Shown here: piece after piece, positions 37,342 to 48,666 of the stretch
Position numbering within the stretch: the first letter of the stretch is position 1
How the letters are laid out: each line of letters starts with the position of its first letter
Assembly: GCA_051942205.1 (NCBI GenBank)
Contig: JAVECO010000034.1
Span: 62,001 to 126,000 of the forward strand
Reading direction: 5' to 3'
Origin: Coniocarpon cinnabarinum
Taxonomy: Eukaryota
Length of the DNA stretch: 64,000 nucleotides
Made by a program: the position numbers and the translations under genes
Notes under the pieces: model-generated
The model's database searches: none
What the model saw: only the letters and a program-made list of their open reading frames with translations
Told to the model about the DNA's origin: nothing

Positions 37342-37789
37342 AGCTAATATTGCCTCGATTACTGCTGTAATACACTAAATGTACAGTCCTGGATGAATCA
37401 ATGCCTGTTGTGGAACAGGGAAGACCACCACCTCACAAAAGCCACTGTTTGTCGTTGCTTCCGTCTGACAAGACTTGAGTCGTTGCCCACATCTCCTGTT
37501 GCGAGGCGTGTACAACGCGTTTGATCGATCTGTTGACCCATGCCAATCTATCTTCTCTTGTCGAGAGCAGGCTGCGGGCTATCCGAGGACGGTTCATGTT
37601 TCGTGTCCTGGGTATCACCAAGTATTGGCCCGCTGGTCCTCTGCGAAAGTCTGTATTCAGACAGTGCATATGCAAATGCGCAGGGACGTTTGTATCTCTA
37701 TTTTTGCTGTCGCAGAGTAAGCACTGGAGGGCAACATATGGGTAGCCTTGCAGGCGACTCGGCCAGGTAAGCTTGGTTGGCATGGGGAA

Positions 37790-38030
37790 GGCGAGATAGT
37801 GGTCCGTGCACGCCGTGTTCTTGTGCTTCAACATCTTCATTTGTATTCTGCAGCTGCACCGCCTCCAATGGTGCTGTTCCAATGCATGGCTTTCGAAATT
37901 CATGACACCTGTCACAGTCAATGATATTGCCTTCATTCAAGCGCTGCCACTCGTCCTTGTTCTTCGCCTTTCGCCATCCTTTCGCCTCACGCTGAGCCTT
38001 GGGAGCCTCTTCTCAATACTCTCTTGAAGC
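37790..38030 (-). pseudogene. Possible relic of a Zn(II)2Cys6 transcription factor
   Basis: IIDCDRCHEFRKPCIGTAP in one frame continues as W-RRCSC...ACT after a 1-nt shift. No clean start or intact ORF. Confidence 0.3.
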
Positions 38031-38896
38031 TCGGAAGGCTACCGATCACCATGTGACAACTACGAAGTCAATTTTCAGCTCAAGGTGCTACAGAGAGAAC
38101 TGAAAAGATGACTTCCTCTTTGCATTTGCCTTGTCATGTATCAAGACGACCAAGATCAACGTCATATGTCTGTGATCTACAGGCAAGAGGTCGAAGCGAA
38201 CTCCGCTTGTCATCATTTCCCACCAGGGAGAGAGCGTGAATACTCGAACCATTCGAGCTCATGTAAGTTGCTCTATTTGGATCAGGACTCCCGTTTAAAC
38301 TTGGACCAGTTCACGAGTTGCTCACAGCGCTGAGTGATGAGCGAGCAAAGCATATCCACATGCCAGAGTCATAAGATACAAGAGACCCGTCAGAATCATG
38401 CACTCAGCCGCAAGATCGACTTGTGTGACTGCAGCGGATGAAAGCATTCACCATCTCCATGGGTCAGGTCAAGTCTACACTGCCACCAATAGAGCCAGTA
38501 CCTAACTCCCTTCTGAAGGTCTAGCTTTGTCTGAACGGACACCAGTGCACGACGTCAGGTGCACGTAGAACTGAAAATTGTACCACGAGAAGTACGTCAA
38601 TGTCTTGACTGAACCCAGTTGGGTGGGTCAACGCGTAGGCAAAAAAAAATATGCCTGAGGGCAAAAGAACGCCTGACTGCAGCCTCTGTGCTACTCCAAA
38701 CAATCTTCCTCTGGATGCAATACAGGTTATAAGTAGACCTCGTTGCTCCGCTTTTGACCCAACCATCTTCATCACCTCCACGATTGATACATATCATCAA
38801 CTGACGGTCACAAGAGTGAAGATTGACTGTGCTTAAAACCTATCTATTGGTATCTCTGATAAATTTCCTTAGTAGAAGCAAACGGCTACTTTCACC

Positions 38897-39911
38897 ATGC
38901 ACTCTTTGTTGCTCGTCGGGCTTGCCATTCTGGCAACGTCTTCCGCTGCTCCTGTGCAGACCAGAGTAAGCTGCATCTCCTGAAGGATTTCAGAGCACAT
39001 CTCTGCATGTTGACTCTTTGCATTAGGATGGCAGCTGGACGTGCCTCGCAACTGGTGTATTGAATCTCGGTCAAACTGTTCAGTTCACGCCAGGAGCCGC
39101 CTCTAGCGAGGACTCCGAGAGCGCAGGTTTGACCAAGACGAACTCCGCGAGCGGAAACTCTGGTCACACGTTCACTGCCGGCAACGGACCCAGCAACGGC
39201 GGAGCAGCACTTGTTGGAGACACCTTTCTCGAAATCACAGGCTATTCTCCAACCGGTGTGGTCAAGGATTTCTCGGGCAGCAAGAATCAGAACTCCATCA
39301 GCTTGAGAGGCATAAATTTCACCGCTGCCGAAACTGGACTCGCTCAGGGTCTGTTTTGGTCACCGGGCTTCAATGGCTTCTCCTTCGAGGACTGCGCCAT
39401 CAGATATGGGGACGATCCCTTTGTGGACAGCAAAAACGTCTCGGACGACATCACCACCTACTTCGTGTCCACGTATTCGACACAATCCTGCACCGTGCAG
39501 TTTCCATGCGAGCCAAGTGCGCAACCTCGTTCGCCGACTCTTTCTTCCACAGCGCTAACCAACATTGCAGACCCCGCCGGCTACTCAACGGGCTGGTGTG
39601 GTGTCCACGTGATCCAGCATCAGAAGCCCAACCCCTCCAAAGACGACTACGTCTTCGACGTCGCCCTCTTTGACGCAGCAGGCGTGCTCATCGGCAACAA
39701 AACCGGCATTGATCTCCCGTCCCAGCAGACGGGGCATGTCGACAGCAGTCTCCCTGTTTCGTTTGACGTGACCGCTGGCAACGTCGACGACGACGCGATT
39801 TGGTTCCATTATGGCTCCCAGGCTTTCACGAGTAATGATCAGCCGCATGTGTGTCGCTTTGGGAAGTACAGTGGAGGCAAGAGAGAGGGTGATTGTGGAT
39901 TTTATTGCTAG
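38897..39911 (+). CDS. Secreted Cys-containing protein of unknown function (effector candidate)
   Basis: Signal peptide MHSLLLVGLAILATSSAAPVQTR; intron 38966-39026 (GTAAGC..TTGAC..TAG) is in frame with the 283 aa ORF. C-terminal GWCGVHVIQHQK..DVALFDA..CRFGKYSGGKREGDCGFYC. Confidence 0.85.
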
Positions 39912-40169
39912 TTGTTCTTCAGTCGCGATTTGTGGTCGTGGTGTCTTGTGGGCGTGGCGGAAGCTTTTGCGTTGGATGGTCATGGTATGGGGATTCAAGA
40001 ACCACTCGCGTGGAACGAGCTAGCCCTGGAGAGATAGATTTGTGCATGACAAAGGGAGGGAGGTGAGCTGAACGTCTAATAGCGCTGAAGTCGGATGAAG
40101 ACCCAGCGACGTTCGTGACTGGATCGGGATTATCGTTTGTGAGTGCGCGAATTAGAGATGGATTACTTA

Positions 40170-41500
40170 CTGCGAGGTGAAATTAGGTCACTGCTCTATT
40201 CTCTGTTATCCCGGGGTTATACAAAGGTATAGAGGCGAACGCAGATCTAGATGCGCGTTCTTGTCTAGATGTAGATTTACATCCAGATACGATTTCAGAT
40301 ATAGATACAGATCTCAACTTAAGTCTAGATCTAAGCTTAAGTCCAAATCTATCAACTCCAAATCCATCCATTCCCAATCCATCGAGTCCAAATAAAAGTC
40401 ACATGCACCACCGATCTCAAAAACTACACAATAAATTCCACAACAACAAGCACAAAACAGACGTCAAGATAAGTATAAAGGCGATAAACAGAAGCAGCAA
40501 CCAGAAAGAGCAACCAAATCCATCGATATCAGCAAGATATTGTATAAAGCTAATTAATGATAATAAAGATAATAAAGACTGCTAGATCACAACGGGTACA
40601 GACGCCCTACATATAGTCATTTACGCTCGAGACTAAAGAAAAACGCAAAAGACGAGTGTCGCAATTAGTGACTTCGAATCTTGACGTGAATGGGAACGAC
40701 GATGTCTTAATATGAAAAGAAAGGGAGTCATCTTTTGATTCTCTGTTCTTTTTTAGGGCATCGCTCTTTCTTTTTGCGTCGTTCTTTCTTTTGGTATCGC
40801 TTTTTCTTTTGGTGTCGTTCTTTTTCTGTCAGTATCACTCTTTCCTTGAGTATTACTCTTTCTCTTTGGCATCGCTTTAATATCGCTCTTGCCTTTAACA
40901 CCGCTCTTACCTTTTAATACGCTCTTTCCTTTTAGCATCACTCTTTTCTTTAGTATCGCTCTTTTTGCTCTTTTCTTTAGCATCGCTCTTTTCTTTTGGC
41001 ATCGCTCTTTTCTTCTGGCATCGCTCTTTCCTTTTGGCATTTCCTTTCCCTTTGCCATCGCTCCTTCCCTCCAGTGCCACTAAAAAAAGAGAAAAATATA
41101 GAGATGGATCACTGCAGGGACACAGAAACGACAGCGCAATAGACGAAATGCGAGTACTGTACAGAAAAGGAGTGGCCGAGTTAGGAACTGGATTGGGAGA
41201 AAGGGACTTAGGGTGGGACTTGAATAGATGAGGAGGATAAGATGAGAGAGCTAAGATGAGGGAGGTAAGATGAGAAAGCTATTCAACATCTGATAGGAAC
41301 CACCTTACACTTATGAATTAGATAAGCTTGCCCTAATACTGTAAGAATCTAAGTCAGATAAAAGAACTAACGTGTCGAAGGAAAGGACGAAACATTTAAA
41401 TAGATACCGATCAGAACCCGATCAGAACACGATCAGAGAGAAATGAGAGACCTGTCACAAGTACATGCAGACGAATAGGAGACACGGAAGAAGAAAGAGA
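40170..41500. mobile_element. AT-rich, low-complexity island, probably a RIP-degraded repeat or transposon relic
   Basis: Visible drop in GC, many TpA dinucleotides and several degenerate tandem arrays. No recognisable transposase or reverse transcriptase motif, so the element class is unknown. Confidence 0.45.
40757..41072. repeat. Degenerate minisatellite, about 17 copies of an 18-19 nt unit, consensus GGCATCGCTCTTTCCTTT(T)
   Basis: Units read directly, e.g. ggcatcgctctttcctttt, ggtatcgctttttctttt, agtatcactctttccttg, aatatcgctcttgccttt and agcatcactcttttcttt. Confidence 0.85.
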
Positions 41501-41889
41501 CGCAAAAGAGGAAGCTTTCGAGAAGGAAGCAGATATCACGGCTCGACGGGAGGAGCCGTGCGGGCGTAAGCACGCCGGCATTGCGTGAGCACGATCACGA
41601 CGTCGCTTCACATCTTTCCGATATTCCCATCCCAGCAGTCAATTCGAAACAGAGAAAAGCCTCACTTGTCAACGAGGAACTGTCAGTGCTCTGCAACGCA
41701 ACGCACGCAATGCAAGGCAATGCAAAGCAACGGCCTCGCGGCGCCGTGTTCTTCATTCGTTGATATGATATAATCCTCGTAGCTTCAAAGTCGTACAATA
41801 AAGGTGTCACATGGATCTAGCTTACAAGCCTCTTACACACCCTCTCACATACCCTCGCGTACATCGTCCGTGAAAAGCAAGCAGCGCAT

Positions 41890-43082
41890 CTAACATTGCG
41901 GGGCGATGCCCGGATTCAGACTCCAGCCCTTGAGACGATTGGCAACGTCCATGACATAGCTAGCGGTGGCACCTAATGAATGTTAGCCCAATGTTCTTCA
42001 ATAAGAACGACGTCATCTGGGAAAAACTCACCATTGCCGTTGTTCAAGTCACCGTCGGGTGCAATACTACCGGAGTTGTACACGCGTGAAGCCTTCCACG
42101 GATCACCGCCGTGCGCATTCAAGATTTGAACGAGCCCATCGCCGGACGCAGTGCCTTGAACGCCATCGCGAATCATTTGGGTGATGCTGCCCTTCGGGTC
42201 GGACGCACTGAAGGAAACACCGTTGTGACTTTGCATGAGACCAGGGTTGGAGACACCATTCGACGTTGTTCCGACATTCACACAGCCATGGCTTTCTTGC
42301 ATCATAATCGCCATGATGAACCGGGGATCAACAAAGGATTCACCAGAAACCTGCATGATCCCGTCACGGATCGCTTGGGTCTGGTCAGCGGTGTTGTCGG
42401 CGCCGTCACCGAGATTGGTGCAAGCTTCAGACAAGAGCTTGCTGTTGGCAGTCCAGAGGTCTTCAAAGGTGGCCCAGGTATCTTGAGAGGGGTAGTTGGA
42501 GCCGAAGCATTGGTAAGAGTCCTGAGGGGGCTGGGAGGGGGGCGTCGCGGAGGGTTCATGGCAGGCGGCGCCGGAGGCGAAGGCGGCTTGGACGGTGACC
42601 GCAGGGCCGGAGGGGTTGGCACCACTGCCGCTGCCGCTGCCGCCGGTGGAGCTACCAGCAGCGGAAGAAGAGCCCTCGGCTGGGCCACTGCTGGTTGTAG
42701 GTGAGGATGGGAGGTACGAGTTTGGTGGTAGAGCAGCAGAGATGGTAGTCGCGGGGGCACTCGGAGCGCTGTTTGGCGCGCTGTACACTGATGGAGCTGA
42801 GTACAGCGAAGGCTGCGTAGACTGGTATGAAGGAGGATTGGCAGCTTGTGTCGTCACGGCTTGCGTAGTGACGACGGTGGTAGGATAAGGCTGCTTTCCG
42901 CTCGGCGCGACCGGGGTGGGATTCGCGTTGCCCATGGCGGATTGGACTGACGCCATGGATGAGAGCTGCGATTGCCATAGAGAGGAATAATCCGTGGATT
43001 GAGCGGACTGTGGTTTGGCGACGGGTGCGGCGTGGACAGCCGCGAGGCCGAAGAGGGCGAGAGTCTGGTAGGAACAACGCAT
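41890..43082 (-). CDS. Secreted protein with Ser/Pro-rich stalk and C-terminal lysozyme-like (SLT/GH23-like) domain
   Basis: Signal peptide MRCSYQTLALFGLAAVHA; VDPRFIMAIMMQESHGCV (putative catalytic Glu), NPGLMQSHNG, QMIRDG and RVYNSGS motifs. A terminal exon GATASYVMDVANRLKGW follows a GTGAGT..CTAAC..TAG intron. Confidence 0.85.
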
Positions 43083-44722
43083 GGTGTCGATTCTGTCTCT
43101 CAAATCAAAAATGTTTTGGCAAGAATAGTAGGTGGGTAATGAATGAGTGGCTGGATTTGCTTCGAGCAAATGTCAATGTCTAGGCGTGATGCCGGTAGAG
43201 ACTGTCTATCCCGTGGGAAAATGAGTGTGGGTGACCGTCGAGGTCTGTATGGAGCGAGTGTGTGGAAAAAAGAATGAACGACGACTGCACAGCAGTGTCA
43301 ACGGTGTGATGGCCGAGTGGATGAATGAGAGACAGACAGAACGTTGTTCTTAAGGGAGAAGAAAAGAAAAAAAGAGAAGAAAAGAGAGTCAGCGACGCGA
43401 GGGAATACAGGCATTCTTATGGAGGTACCCTAGCCAGCACCCTGGATGCCAGAGCATGGCGAGCCCAGCGGAGGCCAGGGTCGAAGCAGCTGGCGGCTCC
43501 GCAGGTGGAGTCCAACGGTGTGCTGATCCCATCACACTTCGGACTGGCTTCAGCAGTGGCAGTTGAGGGCAGTGTGTTTCAGGATTTTCTGTTCGATCTC
43601 GGAAAGGGAGCATCGATAGCAGCGGCCTCTCCCTTCCATGCATGTCCGATTTTGGTTCATTCTTCGAGAAGAGCACACCGAATGTGATCGTCTACATGCT
43701 CTTTCGCGACACCTGCTGTAGTCTGATGGCAAGCAGAGGGATTTTGCAGCGAGCGAGTGTGGGCCAACAAGCTAGGTCCTGGCATTGCCACAGGCCTAGC
43801 AGTCAGCTTGCGAGGGGACCAAACCACGCGGCCAGTCCAGTCGGGCGAGGAGGCCAGGAGCTGCAGAAGCGCAATCGATAAGCGCTGACACCAGCAGCAG
43901 CCAGCAGGACCGACAAGTTCGAACGCAGCGTGGCAGCTTTGCCCCTGAGAGCAGCGCAAGGACAGCCAGGACTGCATGGAGAAAAGGCCGAAAGAGGTTT
44001 GGGCTGTGGCGGCATGCGATGGGGACGCGATGCACTTGCCGAGACGTTGCTCGCTGCGCCTTTTCATTGGTCACGGCTGTTGACGCCAGCGACCTTACAT
44101 AAGCCACCAGGTATCCGGATGCAGCTTAGCGGCCGCGGCTTTGGCTCAGCTATGCAGATTCCATCTGTGCATCTCAGCTGTCCTCGTTTCAGATCCTGCA
44201 CCGCTGGCCAACAGCTCCATCGCGACGTAGCGACGTAGCATCACACCTCCTGATTTTAATTGCCCTGCTCTTACGCCTGTTGGAGCTATTTGCCCCTGGA
44301 GAGCCGCTGCAGTGTCTGTGTGAAAGTTCTTATTCGGCTGTTCGCTCGTGAGACTTGCGCTTGGCAGAGGAAGCGCTGCCCGAATGGCCTGCACGTATTG
44401 CCATTCGCAGGACTGAAGGGATGGTAGCCGCCCCCACTTCCACTGGCATCCTGCGCCATCCTGCGACCCGCGGCCGCCCCTGTCTCCACGTGCCCCACCA
44501 CCCACGGCGCGTAGGCCTCCCAGTGGGTCGACATGGGCTGCCCAAATCGTGTGTTAGTCGTCAAGCGCGGCAGAGCTTTTTGAAGGGAGATGTCGAGGTA
44601 CAGTTGGGGCAAGCGAGAAGATTCGTCATCTCGCCTGCGAGCATCATGATTGGTGGCTTAGAGCGCCTGCACTTAAGATATCCCCACAGCAAGCACCCCG
44701 TGGGAAGGACGCTCTCGCCCCT

Positions 44723-46068
44723 TCACATGACCGCAAACCCGCTCGCATAGCTCACGCTGCTGTCCTTTGCACTAATGCAATCGCTACTCCGTTCGTACCG
44801 CACGAAGCGGAACTGTCCCAGCGACTGACCGTCTGGCCCCGCTTGTATTCGGATCGCCTCGATGGCTGCCATCACGATGCCGATGGGATGTCGACCGCAG
44901 ACGGTGTTACCCGTCAACGACAGCACCTCCCACCAGCCCTTGACCTCGCCCCGTTCGATTGCTTCCACACACCTCATGTCCACCTTGCCGATGCTCTCGT
45001 GGATGGCTGGCTCACGAGGGATGGAGGAGCTGGATTTGAGCATGATTGCGTCGCCTTGCATGGGCTCATAATACGTGTATCGAAAGCGTGAGCCCCAGTG
45101 TGCAAAGTCCGAGGATATTATGAATACAGACGTTGGGTCGGCAAGATACTTTGAGAATATCTGCCCATACTCGACTTCAGAAGCTTCAGATGTGTTGCCG
45201 ACTAAGACTGGAATGATTGGAGGGCGTGGACCGTAGTCAGAGAATGCCCTTCATAAGCGATATAATAAGCATGCGCGACATGTCTCCTTGCTTCCATGAT
45301 CTCGCACTTACCGGAGAAGCATTTTGTGTAGGTACGGTAGATGCATCTCAATACTATGTTCTGCCTCATCCACGTTGAGGCTCATCTGATCGAACTTGCC
45401 GGTTGCTGCGAGTTCGGAAATGGTCTTCTTGTCCAGCCGCAGCTCCCCGAATGGGGTGACATACGTGTCGCAGGCCGAGAGTGCGCATTTTGTCAAGTAG
45501 AAATGATGCGAAGGACCGAGAATGAAGACACGCTTGCTTGCTTGGGCGTCAGCCAATGCTATTCATCAGAGCCAAGACGGCGGTTTTGCAACAAGCTGCT
45601 GAATCTCAATACATGCTGTGGCACTACACATTCTTGATGTGTCCCACAGCGAAAGGCTGCAGAAGAGTTCCAGGAAGTATTTGCAGTCTTGACAATCAAT
45701 CGACTCACGCATTGCTCCAATCGGCAGCTCGATACGCCCAAGCAGCCGCAGCTCCCGAGTATGAATAGCCAGCATGTCTGCAAGGCAACAATGGGTCAGT
45801 ATGAGGTCGCCCTTTACATAGCGTGTCGAAGGTTATGGTCCACAACGTGTCTTACAAATGCCTTGCGCTTGGGGAAATAGAATGCTTACGGTGCAATGAT
45901 CACTCTAGCCCGCGGTGTCGGGAATTGTGCCATTTGCACATCACCAGTCAGAGGACCAATGCATGGCGCCGAGTCGGGCACAGACTCTAGCCAACGATCT
46001 AACTGCAAGGAAAGGCTCTCTTCGTTGCTGGAATACCAAGTGCCTGCATGCGAAGGTGCGCGAGACAT
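44723..46068 (-). CDS. MHO1: MEMO1 family protein
   Basis: SHAGTWY, IIAPHAGYSYSG, VFILGPSHH, EHSIEMHLP, SSDFAHWGSRF, TGNTVCGRHPI and DSSVSYAS motifs. Three introns. Confidence 0.93.
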
Positions 46069-47947
46069 TGGCAGGATCATTGAGACCAGTCCAAGGTCTT
46101 GGTGCTCAAATGCTTCCAGTGGAGAAGCAAAAGTGCTTTAGATGCAGCTCTAATCACGGAAGCTGTGTTAAAGGACGTCCCACAATTCTAGAGTCAGGCG
46201 CGGCGTGGCCATTTTAAGGTTGCCAAGCCTGTGGCAAGTTTCTTGGACTTCGTTGGGTGATTACATCCATGGGAAGTTCCTGGGGAAGCAGCAAACCTAA
46301 AATCTGCTTGGACCTGGACTTCTCCAGATTCTCCAGAAAGCCTCCATAGACTTGTCTCGGCAGGCCCATAATCCCGCAACCAATGCAACATGGGGCCACT
46401 CAAACGACAAAGCTGCCAAACATTGTGGCAAAAACATGTTTCGCTTCCTTTGATGGCGGCAAAGACGGCGCGCTGAAGACAGCCCAGCACACGTGTCCTT
46501 GCGGCATTGTTCATCCGGAGGTCCATACCAAGCTGGAGCAGACATGCGAACAGTGATGTCGGTGTGGATAGACCGGCTCTCATGCTCTCTTAGCGACCAA
46601 GCAGTGGAAAGAACATCACACTGTGAAACGCACTGTAGCATCGCGAATTGCACTTGAATTTGACGAGTGCTCAGTACAATGGAGGCGTGCGAAAGCTTAG
46701 TGAACTGCCCGAACAATGTGCTGCTGCACGCGTGCATTGGCCCCACACGATACGTAAGTTCAGCCTCTAAACAGCTACTGCTTTGGGAATGATTTGTGCG
46801 ATGCGCGGTGAGAGGTCATGTGCTACATACTGCCATGCAACACTGGTGCTGGTGATGGAGGATTCTGCTGAGATGGAACGCAGCTCTCGAGGCTGTCTGT
46901 GTCCGCCCGCGTTTAGGGTGCGGGGAAGGCAAGCCAGGATGTCTCAGATGGGTCCTGGGACAGGCCGTGACTGGACCCAATGCTGGTGCCACGGTCGATT
47001 CATGGGTTACCCAGAGACAGTCTGTTGGCGTATGTTGCAAGCAAATTGCACTGTGCGCAGGCTTTCGCCGGTCATGAATTGCGCAACTTGGGTCGGCGCT
47101 GTGGCATTGCGGGCGAGCCTTTGAGGCTGTCCATGCTGGCTTTGACGCGGTGCCTGAGAGCGAGCTGGCAATAGGAGTTGCTGATGCTTGCCTGACGCAA
47201 TCACGTCAACTTGCGACTTGCGACGGAAGTCTGACAGCTGCTTTTGACTTTGCGAAGAGTGTCGCGCTTGGATATTGGCCTGGCGGCAAAGCTCAAGGCG
47301 TCGGATCGAACGGTGCGACCAGATCGGTGACTAGTCAGAGCCACGTGAACGGAGTTGCCGCGCATGCTGCGGCGTGAGTCAATCGAAAGGGGATTAGTGC
47401 GAGCCTGACAGTCCGAATCTGAATCAGGCTAATTTTACACGGCGGGCGCCCCAACACGGTGCCTGTGGGGAGAGATGCGGCTGGATGACGCGCATGACAA
47501 GCACGTTGCTGAGAGACATGGAGAGAGTGTAAGTGGGTCTGTAATGCTTGGTGCGAATATCGACTTGATGATGGATGTGTGCGCATAGGAGGGAAGGGCT
47601 GGTAGGAGAAATCGAGGCAGACGGTTGGCGAAATTGGGAGCGCGGGCGAGGGAATTGGGAGGTTGGGCGGTCTGCGCGGTGTCGTCATGGCTGCGACATG
47701 GCCGTGAGGGCAAGGCGGCGCATCGAAGATTTGGCGAAGATTTGGCAGCGAATCGACGCAATCATTTCTCACCTCGAGTCCTCACTGCTGGCGTCCGCAG
47801 CGCTACTCTCTGCTGTCTGCCTGTGTGAGTGGCATCGGAGGCGTCCCCCGCAGACCAAAGTCCCGCACTGAAACTAGTCACCAACCCAAACGTGGCGCGC
47901 TGTTGCTGTCTTTCTTCCGTCTGCTAGCCTACCACGCCCACTGCCTC

Positions 47948-47950
<3 letters not shown>

Positions 47951-47988
<38 letters not shown>
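47951..47988 (+). repeat. (CTG)12 microsatellite upstream of the MFS gene
   Basis: Perfect trinucleotide run. Confidence 0.95.
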
Positions 47989-47989
<1 letters not shown>

Positions 47990-48666
47990 ACCGGCGGTCC
48001 GCATACCTTACTGTGCTGCGCAGAGCCATCCCACGCATACACATACACATACAAGTACCTGCCCAACTCCCCCCCCGGCCCAGCTCATCCTCCCCTTGCT
48101 GCCACTCCTCCTTTCCTGGGCCGCCACTCCTCTGCTGCCATTGCTGCCGTTCCCCGCCTCCGCCACGCCCTGTCTCCCCGGCGCTGTGCCTGGCTCCCTG
48201 GCTCTCTCCTCGCCTTCCCCACGGTTGCGTCCGCGTGACCTGTGGCTCTGTCACTCCGCCGTCACCACTACTCGGCCGCGCTCGACCCTCGCTCAGACGC
48301 TGCGGCGGGTATATATAGGCCCAGTTCCCCACTCATTACATCGCCTCTGCACCTCGTCTCCCCAGCTTCTCCGCCATTCTTCCACAGCTGGCCGCACACC
48401 ACGCAGCTTCGCAGCACCGCCATCTGGTGAGTTTCCCCGTCTGTACCCGCACCGCATCCAAGTCACATGTCGAGCAAGGATGCGGAGCGCCCAGCCGGCC
48501 AATGACCCGACACACCGCTTCTCGCCAAAATCTGTCGTGGGCTGCAGCTGGTCTCGTGACACGCCTGTCTTGCCCCTCCAGCGCCCACAAGCTCCCCTAA
48601 CATGCGCACACACTCCTCGAGTCCTGAGCAATAGAGATATTCATTCTAACGCGTGTGCCCAGAATC

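Noticed and set aside
40757..41072. Repeat array as a CRISPR, or the 101 aa Lys-rich ORF as a gene
   Set aside because: Units are contiguous with no unique spacers, the context is eukaryotic with no cas genes, and variable unit length breaks any stable frame.
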